Below, one piece after another: positions 19,730-29,292 of a stretch of DNA of 40,367 nucleotides (positions within the stretch are counted from its first letter, which is position 1; the number at the start of each line of letters is the position of its first letter). This DNA comes from a virus. The stretch lies in IMG/VR virus record IMGVR_UViG_3300046045_000002, positions 1 through 40,367 of that record. One strand, 5' to 3'. The position numbers and the translations under genes are program-made. The notes beneath the pieces are model-generated. The model was not told the DNA's origin and did not search any database. It was given only the letters and a program-made list of their open reading frames with translations.

Positions 19730-22303
19730 ATGGGCGCGTTGCCCCCGATTTTCATCGAGTTCCTCGGTAAGAAGACCGGGTTTTCGGCGACCGCAAAGGG
19801 TGTCAAGACTGAGCTAGCCGAGGTCGAGGCGGCGGGCGGCGGCAATATGAAGCGGCTAGGTGCCGTCTCTAAGGCTGCCCTACTCGGTATCGGCGTAGCC
19901 GCCGCTGTTACCGCCGTCAAGACTGTGCACATGGCGGCCGACTTCCAGACGGCCATGACCCGCGTTCAGACGGGCGCCGGTGAGTCGGCGTCCAACATGA
20001 AAATGGTCAGTAATGGCGTGCTCGCCATGGCTGGTCAAGTCGGGCAGTCGACACAACAGCTAACGCAGGGTCTCTATACGGTCGAGTCGGCCGGTTACCA
20101 CGGGTCCGCAGCGCTGCAAGTGCTCAAGACGTCGGCCATGGGCGCAAAGGTCGGTGCCGCCGACCTAGGCACGGTGACTGACGCTGTCACGACGGCGCTG
20201 AACGCGTATCACATGTCGGCCTCGAACGCCGTACCGGTCATGAACGCGCTAGTCGCGACCGAGGCCGAGGGTAAGACGAACATGGAAGCGCTAGCCGGTT
20301 CCATGGCCTCGATTCTGCCGGTCGCCTCGGCCGCACATGTTGGCCTGAACGAGGTTCTCGGCGCCATGGCCACGATGACGGCGCAGGGTACTTCCGCCGA
20401 CGTTGCGGCGACCTACCTGCGGCAGACCATCGGGCAGTTGTCGAACCCGACGGCTAAGGCCGCAGCAACCATGAAGGGTCTAGGGCTAGACGCGACTAGC
20501 GTGTCTCAGGAACTGGGGCAGCGGGGTCTAGCCGCCACTCTGGACACCCTCACGACCGCCATTAAGAACAAGATGGGCCCGAGCGGTACGGTCCTTATCG
20601 ATACGCTGCAAAAGGCAGCGAAGAATTCCAAGGATTTCAACGGGCAGCTAGCTAAGGCGTCCGGGTCGCAGAAGACATACATCGGCGCCCTCGCAACCAT
20701 GGTCGGCGGTACAAAGTCGATGATGGGTGCGCTACAGCTAACCGGCGCGCACGCAAAGACGTTCGCCGACGACGTAAAGGGCGTCGAGGAACACGTTCGC
20801 AAGGGTGGTAAGTCGGTCGAGGGTTGGGCCGAGGTACAGAAGACCTACAACCAGCGAATGGCCGAGGCCAAGGGATCGTTGCAAGCCCTCGGTATCTCCA
20901 TAGGCAACGCGCTGTTGCCGACAGCCACAAAGCTAATGACGGTGTTCGGCAAGTTCGCCGGATTCCTCGCCACGCATCACACGGCCCTACTGCTGTTCGC
21001 CGCTGGCCTAGGTGCTGTTGCCCTCGGGCTGTCGGTCGCCGCTATCGCGTCGTGGGACTTCAACGAATCGCTACTCGCCGACCCACTGACGTGGATTGTC
21101 GTAGCGATCGTGGCCGTGGTGGTCGGTCTAGTCGAACTGGTCATGCACTGGAAGCAAGTAGCCGCGTGGCTAACCGGCGTGTGGCACTCGGTCGTACACG
21201 GCCTAGGGGATCTCTGGCACTGGCTAGAGCGCGAGACGCTAAGCGCGTGGCACTCGATCGAGAGTGGGATCACCACGGCGTGGCACGCGGTAGCCGCGTT
21301 CTTTTCCTCGGCGTGGCACGCTGTCGCCGACCCGATCGTTAACGCGTGGCACTGGATCGTGCGCACCACGATGTCAGTGTGGAACGGCATAGTCGGATTT
21401 TTCAAAAAGTGGTGGCCACTTTTGCTGGTCATTTTCCTCCCGTTCGTCGCGCTAATCGTCTCGCTGTGGAATCACTTTCATAAGCAAATCGAGTCGACGG
21501 CCAAGTCAATTTGGAACGGAATTAAGTCGTTCCTAAAGGGCGTGTGGGACGGAATTGCCGCCGTAGCCGAGGCCGCGTGGTCGCTGATCAAGAAATACAT
21601 AGTTTCGCCGATCGAGGACGTGTGGCACTGGCTACAGTCGATTTGGCGGACCGTGTCTCACTGGCTAGAGGGCGAGTGGCGGGGGATCGAGCAAACGGCG
21701 TCCTCGCTGTGGTCGAGCATCAAGCGGAACATGATTCAGCCCCTCACCGACGCGTGGCACTCGATCACGCGCCTTATGGGGCAGATCAAGGACACGATTT
21801 CCAACAAGCTGCATGACGCGTGGAACGCTGTAAAGAGCGTCGGTTCATGGTTCCTGAGCATCGGTTCCGACATCGTGCACGGAATCATCAGCGGTATCGA
21901 GGGCGCGGCGGGTGGTCTATTCGACTCACTCAAGAACCTCGCGTCGAATGCGCTTAGCTCCGCTAAGTCGTTCCTCGGCATCAACTCGCCGTCGCGTGAG
22001 TTTGCCGAACAGGTCGGCCACTGGATTCCGCACGGTATCGCCGACGGTGTGCGCAACTCTGCCCACGTCGTCAAGGAAGCTGTGAACAGCGCCACGGGTG
22101 CCGCTCTAGCGCGCGTGAACGTTGGCGGGCAGCTTTCCCTAGGTATGGGCACCTCGGGCGGCTACGGCGGTTCTACGGTCGTCGTGAACGTGCATGTCGA
22201 GGGTTCCGTCATGGCCGAGCAGGACCTACGAGACGTGCTACAGCGCGAGATGTTGCGGCTAGGTTCGCGCAACTCGCAGACGTGGCAGCCGTATCGGCGC
22301 TAA
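19730..22303 (+). CDS. Tape measure protein
   Basis: 857 aa from ATG 19730 (preceded by aaggggg). Central hydrophobic segments and repeated AWH / WHxV motifs. Confidence 0.9.
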   Translation: MGALPPIFIEFLGKKTGFSATAKGVKTELAEVEAAGGGNMKRLGAVSKAALLGIGVAAAVTAVKTVHMAADFQTAMTRVQTGAGESASNMKMVSNGVLAMAGQVGQSTQQLTQGLYTVESAGYHGSAALQVLKTSAMGAKVGAADLGTVTDAVTTALNAYHMSASNAVPVMNALVATEAEGKTNMEALAGSMASILPVASAAHVGLNEVLGAMATMTAQGTSADVAATYLRQTIGQLSNPTAKAAATMKGLGLDATSVSQELGQRGLAATLDTLTTAIKNKMGPSGTVLIDTLQKAAKNSKDFNGQLAKASGSQKTYIGALATMVGGTKSMMGALQLTGAHAKTFADDVKGVEEHVRKGGKSVEGWAEVQKTYNQRMAEAKGSLQALGISIGNALLPTATKLMTVFGKFAGFLATHHTALLLFAAGLGAVALGLSVAAIASWDFNESLLADPLTWIVVAIVAVVVGLVELVMHWKQVAAWLTGVWHSVVHGLGDLWHWLERETLSAWHSIESGITTAWHAVAAFFSSAWHAVADPIVNAWHWIVRTTMSVWNGIVGFFKKWWPLLLVIFLPFVALIVSLWNHFHKQIESTAKSIWNGIKSFLKGVWDGIAAVAEAAWSLIKKYIVSPIEDVWHWLQSIWRTVSHWLEGEWRGIEQTASSLWSSIKRNMIQPLTDAWHSITRLMGQIKDTISNKLHDAWNAVKSVGSWFLSIGSDIVHGIISGIEGAAGGLFDSLKNLASNALSSAKSFLGINSPSREFAEQVGHWIPHGIADGVRNSAHVVKEAVNSATGAALARVNVGGQLSLGMGTSGGYGGSTVVVNVHVEGSVMAEQDLRDVLQREMLRLGSRNSQTWQPYRR

Positions 22304-22315
22304 CCGATTGGGGGT

Positions 22316-22338
22316 CACCTACTAGTCACTAGTAGGTG
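22316..22338. repeat. 23-bp palindrome copy 9 (centre tca), extended to 33 bp (22311..22343) by ggggt/acccc
   Basis: Exact arms. Ends 25 nt before the GTG at 22364. Confidence 0.95.
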
Positions 22339-22363
22339 ACCCCTCTTACTTGAGGGTGGACAC

Positions 22364-25300
22364 GTGACAATCTCCGCTGTCGGCGGACTAGCTCAGAACC
22401 ATGGCACGGGTGTTACGACCGTCGGTGTTGGGTCGCCCTCGGTGGGGCATGTTCTCGTGATGGTCGTGCGGGTGTCCTCAACCACGATCAGCGCAACCTC
22501 GGTGTCGGGCGGGTTGGTCAGTACGTGGGTGAACGTGTCCGGCGTGACGGACACCCTTACCGGGTCGCATGTCGACGTGTTTTACGGGGTCGTGTCCGGC
22601 ACCGGTTCGGCTACGGCAACGGTCACGTTCAGTTCGTCCAACTCGGCTGTGTCGACTGAGATATGTACGCAGGAATTCGCGTCCTCGATCCCGGGCGCCG
22701 TATGGACGATTTCCGCCCCGGCAGCCACGACGGACGGCACCGGTACGACCCTCACGTTCCCGACACTTGATGCGGGCGTGGGCGGACAGCTCTATTTCGG
22801 GTACGCGTTCGTCGCTGGCACGGCTGCCGCAGGGTCGGACCCGGGCTTTACGTACGACGTGACGACAGCGGGCAACCTGATTGAGTTCAACCCGACGGCG
22901 ACCGGCGCTCTTACTCCCACGGCCACGCAAAGCCCCTCGGGCAACTGGGCGACTTTCGGTTTCGTCCTCGCCGACGGCACCCCTGCCGCTCCACCCGCGC
23001 TGAATCAGAATTTCCCGCAGATGGAATACGGGTGGGGTGCGCTGTGGAATTGCAATGCGGGCGACTCGCCCCTAGACCGCTATGTCGACGTGACCCCGCG
23101 CACTCAGGGCACGGTCGGCACGTCGCGCGGCCGACAGTACGAGCTAGACCTAGTTCAGACAGGCACGCTGCGCGCCTCTCTCACGTCGACTGACGGCGCC
23201 CTCGACCCGAACAACAAAACGGGCCCGTGGGGCGGCAACATATGGCCGTATCAGCCTTTCCGGGTGCGCGCACAGTGGCCACCGACTACGAACATTCTCG
23301 ACCCGGTCATAGCGAATGGCGGCGACGGGCTTGCGCCGGGCACGCTGAATGCGGGCAATAACGGCGAGGATGTGTTCACTAACACCGACTCGACCGGCGG
23401 AAGCATCGTGGCCAGCGCGAGCGCCTACAGCGGGTCGAACGTCTTTCAGTTCGCTGTGCCCGCCTCGACGGCAATTGGCACGCGCATCATGCAGACCCCG
23501 CAGCCTGCCATGACCCCGCTCACGACGTATTCGCTCACGATCAACGTGCGGAACGTGACCGACTCGACCAGTCTCGACGTGAGGGCACACATCGGTTTCT
23601 ACGGGCCCCCACCCGCGCAGCCGCCTACCTCGTACACGTACGGCGCTACGACGACCCTTACGGGGTCCTCGACGGCCACGGGGTGGACGACCCTCACGGT
23701 TACCGCTACGGCCCCCGCGAACGCGTACGGAATCAACGTCGGCGTAGCCGTGGCTAACGTCCCGGCTGCACTGTGCAACGTGCAGGTTGACGGCATTCAG
23801 CTTGAGAAGAACGCCACGCCGACGGCGTTCGTGTCGCCCGGCACGTGGTACCCGATTTACTCGGGCTTCATTGAGCGTTGGCCGCAAAGCTGGGCGCTGA
23901 ACAACACCCTCGGGCTAGTCGAGCCGACCGGGGTCGACGCGTTCGCGCTGTTGTCGCAGCGCATCTTGCGAGACCCGCTCACCGAGGAGATTTACCGGCG
24001 TAACCCGTCGTTTCTGTACACCCTCGGCGACCCGTCCGGCGTGCAGTCGTTCACCGACTCGACCGGCAACAACCCGGCGGTTCAGATCAACTCCAGCAAG
24101 TATGGCGCCGGTTCGCTCACGTCGGGCAACTCGATTACGTCGGCGACCTCGGGCGGGACGTACACGGGGTCGAGCGGATCGGTCGTGACCGTCAACAACC
24201 CGAACTCTGGCACGAACCTACTCGGCCCGGCGTCGTTCCTGTCGTTCTCGAACGCTGGAATCAAGGGTCCGAAGAACCCGAATTCGTTTACCCGCATGCT
24301 GGCATTCCGGTACACCGGCTCTACGCCGACCTCGGGCAACTGGTCCACTATGTGGGTTGCAATGGACCGACAGCGTTCCGGCGGATTCGCGTCCGGGTCT
24401 CAGGTGTCTTTCAACATCAGCCCTACGGGCGACTTTTACGTCACCCTCGGCGGTCCGGGGAACAATCAGGCTGCCTACAACCCGGGCGTTGTCGTCACTG
24501 ACCAGAATTGGCACCTAGTCGGCGTCTCATACGACGCGACCGCGCAACAGGTGTGGGTCACGGTCGACGGCGGTTACTGGTTCTGGTCCGGCGTGGCCAA
24601 CCATGCGCCGTCCGGCTGCCAGAGTGACACCCTCGGCAACTGGATTGACGACACGACCGGCAACGGTTCCGCGTGGAACTACAAGGGCGACTTGTCGTTT
24701 GCAATGGAGTTCACGACGGCCCTACAGCCTGCCGATTTCGTGGCTATCTACAGCGCGTGGAAGAACTCGTTTAGCGGCGACTCGACAGACCAGCGGTACG
24801 CGCGCATTCTGACGTACGCCGGTTACACGGGACCCTCGACCATTCAGTCCGGGCTCACAAGGTCCATGGGCCCGATGAACACGGACGGGCAGGATGCGCT
24901 ATCCGCCCTCGGCGACGTGGTCATTACCGAGAACGGCGAACACTTCGTAGACCGAATGGGATCGGTGAACTTCCGGTCGAGGGGCGCGCGCTACAACTCG
25001 ACGGTTCCCGTGTACACATTCGGCGAGAACGTGTCGGCGGGGGAGTACCCGTATGAAGAGATCGAGCTAGATTTCGACCCGACGCACCTTGCCAACCTTG
25101 TTCAGGTCACGCAGACCTCGACCAACCAGGTGTTTACCGCAGCCGACAGCACCTCGCAGACGAACTACTTCCCGCGCACCATGCAGCGGGACGTGAACAC
25201 TTCCAGCGCGCTCGAATGCCAGGATGCGGCGGGATATCTCGTCAGCCGGTACAAGCAACCGCTACCGCGCATTTCCACGCTGAAACTCCACCCGGCGGCG

Positions 25301-25834
25301 AACACGTCACTTTGGCCCGTGTGCCTCGGGATGGAACTGGGCACTCGCGTACGCATCATGCGACGCCCCCTCGGCGCCCCGGCCATTCAGATTGACGCCT
25401 TTGTCGAAAACATCGCATGGCAGATTGACGACAAGGGCGAGGCGTTCATGACGCTGCAATGTTCGCCGGTCGACGCGCAGCCGTACGCCGAATTCGCCGT
25501 GTGGCGCACCGCGCTGAATGCGGGCATTGCTTCCGGCGTTACGACCATCACCGTTAAGGCGGGGTCGGATAACACGAACCCCCTCGCTGCACAGGTCGGC
25601 TACGGGCAACAGCTTGTGTTGGGGCAGGGGACAGCGAACGCCGAGACGGTCACGGTGCTTTCGGTCGGTGCCACGTCGCCCGGCTGGACTACCGGCACCA
25701 TCACCCTGCAAGCGGCAACGACCAAGAGCCACAGCGCCAACGACATCGTGTGCGAGCCGTTGCCGACCGGGGTCACCTCGACCTCGGCATTCGACGGCAT
25801 CGCGAAGTTTGACTCTGTCGCACTCGCCTACTAA
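22364..25834 (+). CDS. Large minor tail protein (distal-tail/baseplate type with CBM-like and LamG-like segments)
   Basis: 1156 aa. Dit-like SRGRQYELDLVQTGTLRASLTSTDGALDPNN, the CBM-like ending VQVDGIQLEKN and LamG-like NWHLVGVSYDATAQQVWVTVDG. Confidence 0.65.
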   Translation: MTISAVGGLAQNHGTGVTTVGVGSPSVGHVLVMVVRVSSTTISATSVSGGLVSTWVNVSGVTDTLTGSHVDVFYGVVSGTGSATATVTFSSSNSAVSTEICTQEFASSIPGAVWTISAPAATTDGTGTTLTFPTLDAGVGGQLYFGYAFVAGTAAAGSDPGFTYDVTTAGNLIEFNPTATGALTPTATQSPSGNWATFGFVLADGTPAAPPALNQNFPQMEYGWGALWNCNAGDSPLDRYVDVTPRTQGTVGTSRGRQYELDLVQTGTLRASLTSTDGALDPNNKTGPWGGNIWPYQPFRVRAQWPPTTNILDPVIANGGDGLAPGTLNAGNNGEDVFTNTDSTGGSIVASASAYSGSNVFQFAVPASTAIGTRIMQTPQPAMTPLTTYSLTINVRNVTDSTSLDVRAHIGFYGPPPAQPPTSYTYGATTTLTGSSTATGWTTLTVTATAPANAYGINVGVAVANVPAALCNVQVDGIQLEKNATPTAFVSPGTWYPIYSGFIERWPQSWALNNTLGLVEPTGVDAFALLSQRILRDPLTEEIYRRNPSFLYTLGDPSGVQSFTDSTGNNPAVQINSSKYGAGSLTSGNSITSATSGGTYTGSSGSVVTVNNPNSGTNLLGPASFLSFSNAGIKGPKNPNSFTRMLAFRYTGSTPTSGNWSTMWVAMDRQRSGGFASGSQVSFNISPTGDFYVTLGGPGNNQAAYNPGVVVTDQNWHLVGVSYDATAQQVWVTVDGGYWFWSGVANHAPSGCQSDTLGNWIDDTTGNGSAWNYKGDLSFAMEFTTALQPADFVAIYSAWKNSFSGDSTDQRYARILTYAGYTGPSTIQSGLTRSMGPMNTDGQDALSALGDVVITENGEHFVDRMGSVNFRSRGARYNSTVPVYTFGENVSAGEYPYEEIELDFDPTHLANLVQVTQTSTNQVFTAADSTSQTNYFPRTMQRDVNTSSALECQDAAGYLVSRYKQPLPRISTLKLHPAANTSLWPVCLGMELGTRVRIMRRPLGAPAIQIDAFVENIAWQIDDKGEAFMTLQCSPVDAQPYAEFAVWRTALNAGIASGVTTITVKAGSDNTNPLAAQVGYGQQLVLGQGTANAETVTVLSVGATSPGWTTGTITLQAATTKSHSANDIVCEPLPTGVTSTSAFDGIAKFDSVALAY

Positions 25835-25842
25835 TCGAGGGG

Positions 25843-25865
25843 CACCTACTAGTCGCTAGTAGGTT
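25843..25865. repeat. 23-bp palindrome copy 10 (centre tcg; last base t)
   Basis: cacctactagtcgctagtaggtt, ending 5 nt before the GTG at 25871. Confidence 0.9.
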
Positions 25866-25870
25866 CCCCC

Positions 25871-26416
25871 GTGGGAGCACCCTTGACGAACCTACCCGTA
25901 CCCGTTCCCGCACAGGAGTCGGCGGGCAACCTGATTACTGGTGCGCTGTGGAACGCGAGCGTTTACAACGGCGTCACGTTCCTTCTGAACCCGCCCATCT
26001 TTGCCGGGTGGCAGAACACCTCACAGTCGCTCAGTACAACGGCCGTAGCCATCACGATGGATTCCGAGACTGCCGACAGCTACGGCGGGCACTCAACCAC
26101 GACTAACACCAGTCGGTATGTCGCGCAGGTCGCGGGCTACTACATGGTGTGGGGATGCCTCGCCGTGAACGGCGCAACCTCACAGTCGGAAATTCTGACG
26201 TACGTAGCGAAGAACGGCTCAGAGGTTCCCGGTTCCCGCACTACCGACGTTGCTAACTCCTCACACACGTACGTCGCCAACACGGCGCCCGTGATTGTGC
26301 AGATGAACGCCAACGATTACGTCGAGCTATACGGCATTGCCGACGGCACTACCCCGACCACGCACGGCGGGGGCACCCCTTCCAGCGCACTAAACGCGAT
26401 ATTCATTCACGCGTAA
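25871..26416 (+). CDS. Minor tail / receptor-binding candidate (C1q/TNF-like jelly-roll pattern)
   Basis: 181 aa. Pattern YVAQVAGYYMVWG...NDYVELYG. Position after the large tail protein. Confidence 0.45.
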   Translation: MGAPLTNLPVPVPAQESAGNLITGALWNASVYNGVTFLLNPPIFAGWQNTSQSLSTTAVAITMDSETADSYGGHSTTTNTSRYVAQVAGYYMVWGCLAVNGATSQSEILTYVAKNGSEVPGSRTTDVANSSHTYVANTAPVIVQMNANDYVELYGIADGTTPTTHGGGTPSSALNAIFIHA

Positions 26417-26428
26417 GGGAGAACACCA

Positions 26429-27883
26429 ATGACTTACCCCGCCGGGGTCGACGTTTCCTCGTACCAGTCGGCTACCTACGACACGCGCGGCCTCGCGTTC
26501 GTGTTCGTCAAGGCCACCGAGGGAACCTCCTACGTGAACCCGCTGTACGGCGCTCAGACGGCCCATGGGCGCGCTGCGGGGCTTGTGGTCGGCCACTACC
26601 ACTACCTACACCCCGGAAGCGTCCAGGCGCAGGCTGACGCGTTCCTAGCGCATGCCGACGTGCGTACCGGCGAAGTGATCGCCCTCGACTGGGAAGCAAG
26701 CGGCAGCACACAGTCCGACCGGGACGCGTGGATTCGCTACGTCAAGGGCAAGCGACCGGCTAACCGGGTCGTGCTCTACTGCAACACCGATTTTTGGCTT
26801 CACGTCGACACAGAGTCGTACGCGGGTGACGGCCTATGGATTGCCGACCCGAACCACCCCGCCGGGCAGCCGGGCGTCACGCACACGTGGGTTTTTCACC
26901 AGTATTCGAGCGCCAACGGGGTTGATCACAACGTGGCGAATTTCGCGTCAACCGTTGCGCTCAAGGAATGGGCGGGGACACCCGCACAACAGAAGGGAAC
27001 GCCCGTGGGCGGAAGCGCAGCGATGATCTCGACGGCCGAAAAGGAAATCGGCTATCACGAGGGGCGCGATGCGTCCGGCAACTGGGACAACATCCAAAAG
27101 TATTCCGAACAGGTTCCGGGCCTCGCGTGGTCCGACGGGCAGCCGTGGTGCATGACGTTCCAGTCGTGGTGCGCCATGATTTCCGGCAATGCCGCCCTGT
27201 ACCCGCGTACCGCTAGCTGTGTCGAGGGCGTGTCGTGGTTCAAGGCCGAGGGTCGATGGTCGGATTACCCCGCTGTCGGCGCGCTCGCTTTCTACGGCAC
27301 CGACGGAGGTTCGCACGTCGGCCTAGTCGCCGGTTTCGACGCCGACAACATTTACACGGTCGAGGGCAACACGAACGACAACGGGTCGGCCGAGGGCGAC
27401 GGCGTATACGGCAAGGAACGACAGCGCCGTATCTCGTACGTGTACGGCTATGGGTACCCGAAGTTTGCCGAGGGCATCGTGTCGGCCGACCCCGCGTACG
27501 GCGGCACTAAGAGCGCGGGCGTGCAGTACATCCCCGGCAAGCCCGTGCCGAGGCCGACACCGGCCCCCACACCGGCGCCCAAGCCTGCACCTAAGCCCGT
27601 GGTGAGCCTCGCAAACGTCGTAGCCGCCGCGCAGCAGGACCCGCAGGCTACGCAGGGGCACGAGTCCCACCCGGCGGACGTTAAGCCCGTAGAAGCTGCC
27701 CTAGCGGCCGAGGGGCTACTAGACAAGCGCTATGCCTACGACGGGTCGTTCGGCTCGCTGTCGGTCAAGGCGTACGCCGAATGGCAGAAGAAGTGCGGAT
27801 TCTCGGGCGCCGACGCGAACGGCATTCCCGGGCGTAAGACCCTCGCCGCCCTAGGCGCTAAGCACGGGTTCACGGTGGCCTAA
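26429..27883 (+). CDS. Endolysin: GH25 muramidase, CHAP-like amidase/peptidase and a peptidoglycan-binding domain
   Basis: GVDVSSYQ...FVFVKATEG (GH25), EKEIGYHEG...QPWCMTFQSW (CHAP-like Cys) and the C-terminal YDGSFGSLSVKAYAEWQKKCG (PG_binding_1-like). Confidence 0.85.
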   Translation: MTYPAGVDVSSYQSATYDTRGLAFVFVKATEGTSYVNPLYGAQTAHGRAAGLVVGHYHYLHPGSVQAQADAFLAHADVRTGEVIALDWEASGSTQSDRDAWIRYVKGKRPANRVVLYCNTDFWLHVDTESYAGDGLWIADPNHPAGQPGVTHTWVFHQYSSANGVDHNVANFASTVALKEWAGTPAQQKGTPVGGSAAMISTAEKEIGYHEGRDASGNWDNIQKYSEQVPGLAWSDGQPWCMTFQSWCAMISGNAALYPRTASCVEGVSWFKAEGRWSDYPAVGALAFYGTDGGSHVGLVAGFDADNIYTVEGNTNDNGSAEGDGVYGKERQRRISYVYGYGYPKFAEGIVSADPAYGGTKSAGVQYIPGKPVPRPTPAPTPAPKPAPKPVVSLANVVAAAQQDPQATQGHESHPADVKPVEAALAAEGLLDKRYAYDGSFGSLSVKAYAEWQKKCGFSGADANGIPGRKTLAALGAKHGFTVA

Positions 27884-28119
27884 TGCGCGAGGACGACGAC
27901 GAACTATCCATGACCGTCGGGGCACGCGAAATCTACGATGAACTAGTGGGCGTGCGTTCCGACGTGCGCTCGCTGGTCGAGTCCCGCGCCGACATTGATA
28001 AGACCCTCGGCGATCACGAGAACCGGCTACGCGTCCTAGAGCGCTGGAAGTACGGAATCCCCGGGGTCGTCGCCCTATCCGCCGTAGCGGCGGGCGTGCA
28101 GATTTACCGGGGGCACTAG
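27883..28119 (+). CDS. Membrane protein of the lysis cassette (78 aa, C-terminal TM)
   Basis: IPGVVALSAVAAGVQIY. ATG overlaps the lysin stop. Confidence 0.5.
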   Translation: MREDDDELSMTVGAREIYDELVGVRSDVRSLVESRADIDKTLGDHENRLRVLERWKYGIPGVVALSAVAAGVQIYRGH

Positions 28120-28275
28120 GTGCACACAGCGGCGTACATCGCTCAACAGGTGTGGCCGAACCTCGCCGCTGACGTGATTTGGGTCCCGCTGGTGTGGGCG
28201 TGGCATCACACGCACTTCCGGCGGACCCTACAGCGGGAAATCGACCAACTACACGAACGATTGAGAGAGAAGTAA
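28120..28275 (+). CDS. Small membrane protein (51 aa)
   Basis: GTG start directly after the previous stop. TM-like VWPNLAADVIWVPLVWAW. Below the 60-aa cutoff of the ORF track. Confidence 0.4.
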   Translation: MHTAAYIAQQVWPNLAADVIWVPLVWAWHHTHFRRTLQREIDQLHERLREK

Positions 28276-28586
28276 TGGCAGTTTCTCCGAAGGTAAGCGC
28301 GTCGACCGTTGGCGCAGCCGCCTCGACCGTCGTTGTTCAGGTGCTCGCTAAGCACCTCTTTCACGGCGCCGTACCGTCTGACGTCCTCGGCCTGATCGAG
28401 GGCGCCGTAACGGCCGGTGTCACTTTCGCCTCGGGCTATTTCGTCGCGCACGCGCCCAAAACTGTTGCCGAGGTCGAGACGGCCGTAAAGGACGTAGCCG
28501 AGGCAATCCCGTTCACGCAGATGCCGCAGCTACCGCTAGAGAACCCGCAGCCGACTGCACAGCCGCTACCGCCCGCCGGGGCGTAA
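28275..28586 (+). CDS. Holin-like protein (103 aa, two TM segments) with a C-terminal LPLENPQP motif
   Basis: TAATG overlap with the previous gene. Hydrophobic segments VGAAASTVVVQVLA and GAVTAGVTFASGYFVA. Confidence 0.55.
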   Translation: MAVSPKVSASTVGAAASTVVVQVLAKHLFHGAVPSDVLGLIEGAVTAGVTFASGYFVAHAPKTVAEVETAVKDVAEAIPFTQMPQLPLENPQPTAQPLPPAGA

Positions 28587-28600
28587 GCCGTTGCGCTCCC
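28583..28600 (+). promoter_or_regulatory. Early-gene motif copy 3 (GTAAGCCGTTGCGCTCCC)
   Basis: Its TAA is the holin-like gene stop. Only 8 nt upstream of the dNMP kinase ATG. Confidence 0.45.
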
Positions 28601-28633
28601 AATAGGGCATGACCCAAAACATTGCCCTATTGG
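28599..28633. promoter_or_regulatory. Perfect 11-bp inverted repeat bracketing the start codon at 28609
   Basis: ccaatagggca (28599..28609) / tgccctattgg (28623..28633) with a 13-nt spacer. Confidence 0.4.
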
Positions 28634-29148
28634 GCCGTGCGCGTTCCGGAAAAGACACTGTGGCTGCCCGGCTGGTCGAGCGGCACGGATTCACCCGTGT
28701 CGCTTTCGCCGACCCGCTTAAGCGAATGGCCGAGACGGTAAGCCCGTTTGTGCCGACCTCGCCCGGCGTGGTCGTACAACTCGCCCCGCTGATTCGTGAC
28801 GTCGGGTGGGAGTACGCGAAAGACCGGTACCCCGAGGTGCGCCGGTTGCTCCAATGGATTGGGCACACCGTGCGCGACCTCGACCCCGAATTCTGGGTAC
28901 GCGTAGCACTGCACAGCGTCGAGGCTGCACCCGGGCCCGTGGTCGTGACCGACGTCCGGTACCCCAATGAGGCCGAGGCGCTGCGCGCGCGAGGTTTTCG
29001 CATGGTTCGGGTGGTCCGCCCGGGTCAAGATTTGGTCAGTTCTCACGTGAGTGAGACGGCCCTCGATCGGTACCCGCCCGACCTGCGCGTGTTGAACGAC
29101 GGAACCCTAGATGACCTGCGCGAACGCGCCGACGGCCTAGCGGCCTAG
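28609..29148 (+). CDS. Deoxynucleoside monophosphate kinase
   Basis: P-loop LLGRARSGKDT and the FADPLKRMA motif. 179 aa. Confidence 0.75.
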   Translation: MTQNIALLGRARSGKDTVAARLVERHGFTRVAFADPLKRMAETVSPFVPTSPGVVVQLAPLIRDVGWEYAKDRYPEVRRLLQWIGHTVRDLDPEFWVRVALHSVEAAPGPVVVTDVRYPNEAEALRARGFRMVRVVRPGQDLVSSHVSETALDRYPPDLRVLNDGTLDDLRERADGLAA

Positions 29149-29153
29149 CCCTT

Positions 29154-29193
29154 GCCCCGTGCCAGCCCTAACCGGCGGGTGCGGGGCATTTTT
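29154..29193 (+). terminator. Stem-loop plus T-run after the dNMP kinase gene
   Basis: gccccg (29154..29159) / cggggc (29182..29187) followed by attttt. Confidence 0.45.
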
Positions 29194-29202
29194 GCGTTCG
29201 GG

Positions 29203-29225
29203 CACCTACTAGTGACTAGTAGGTG
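29203..29225. repeat. 23-bp palindrome copy 11 (centre tga)
   Basis: Exact arms. Ends 67 nt upstream of ATG 29293. Confidence 0.95.
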
Positions 29226-29292
29226 GTGGTGCGCGTGCCGCGCCGTGTGCTTAGCTACTCCCACAACAACAGAGAACAACGAAGGGGCGGAC

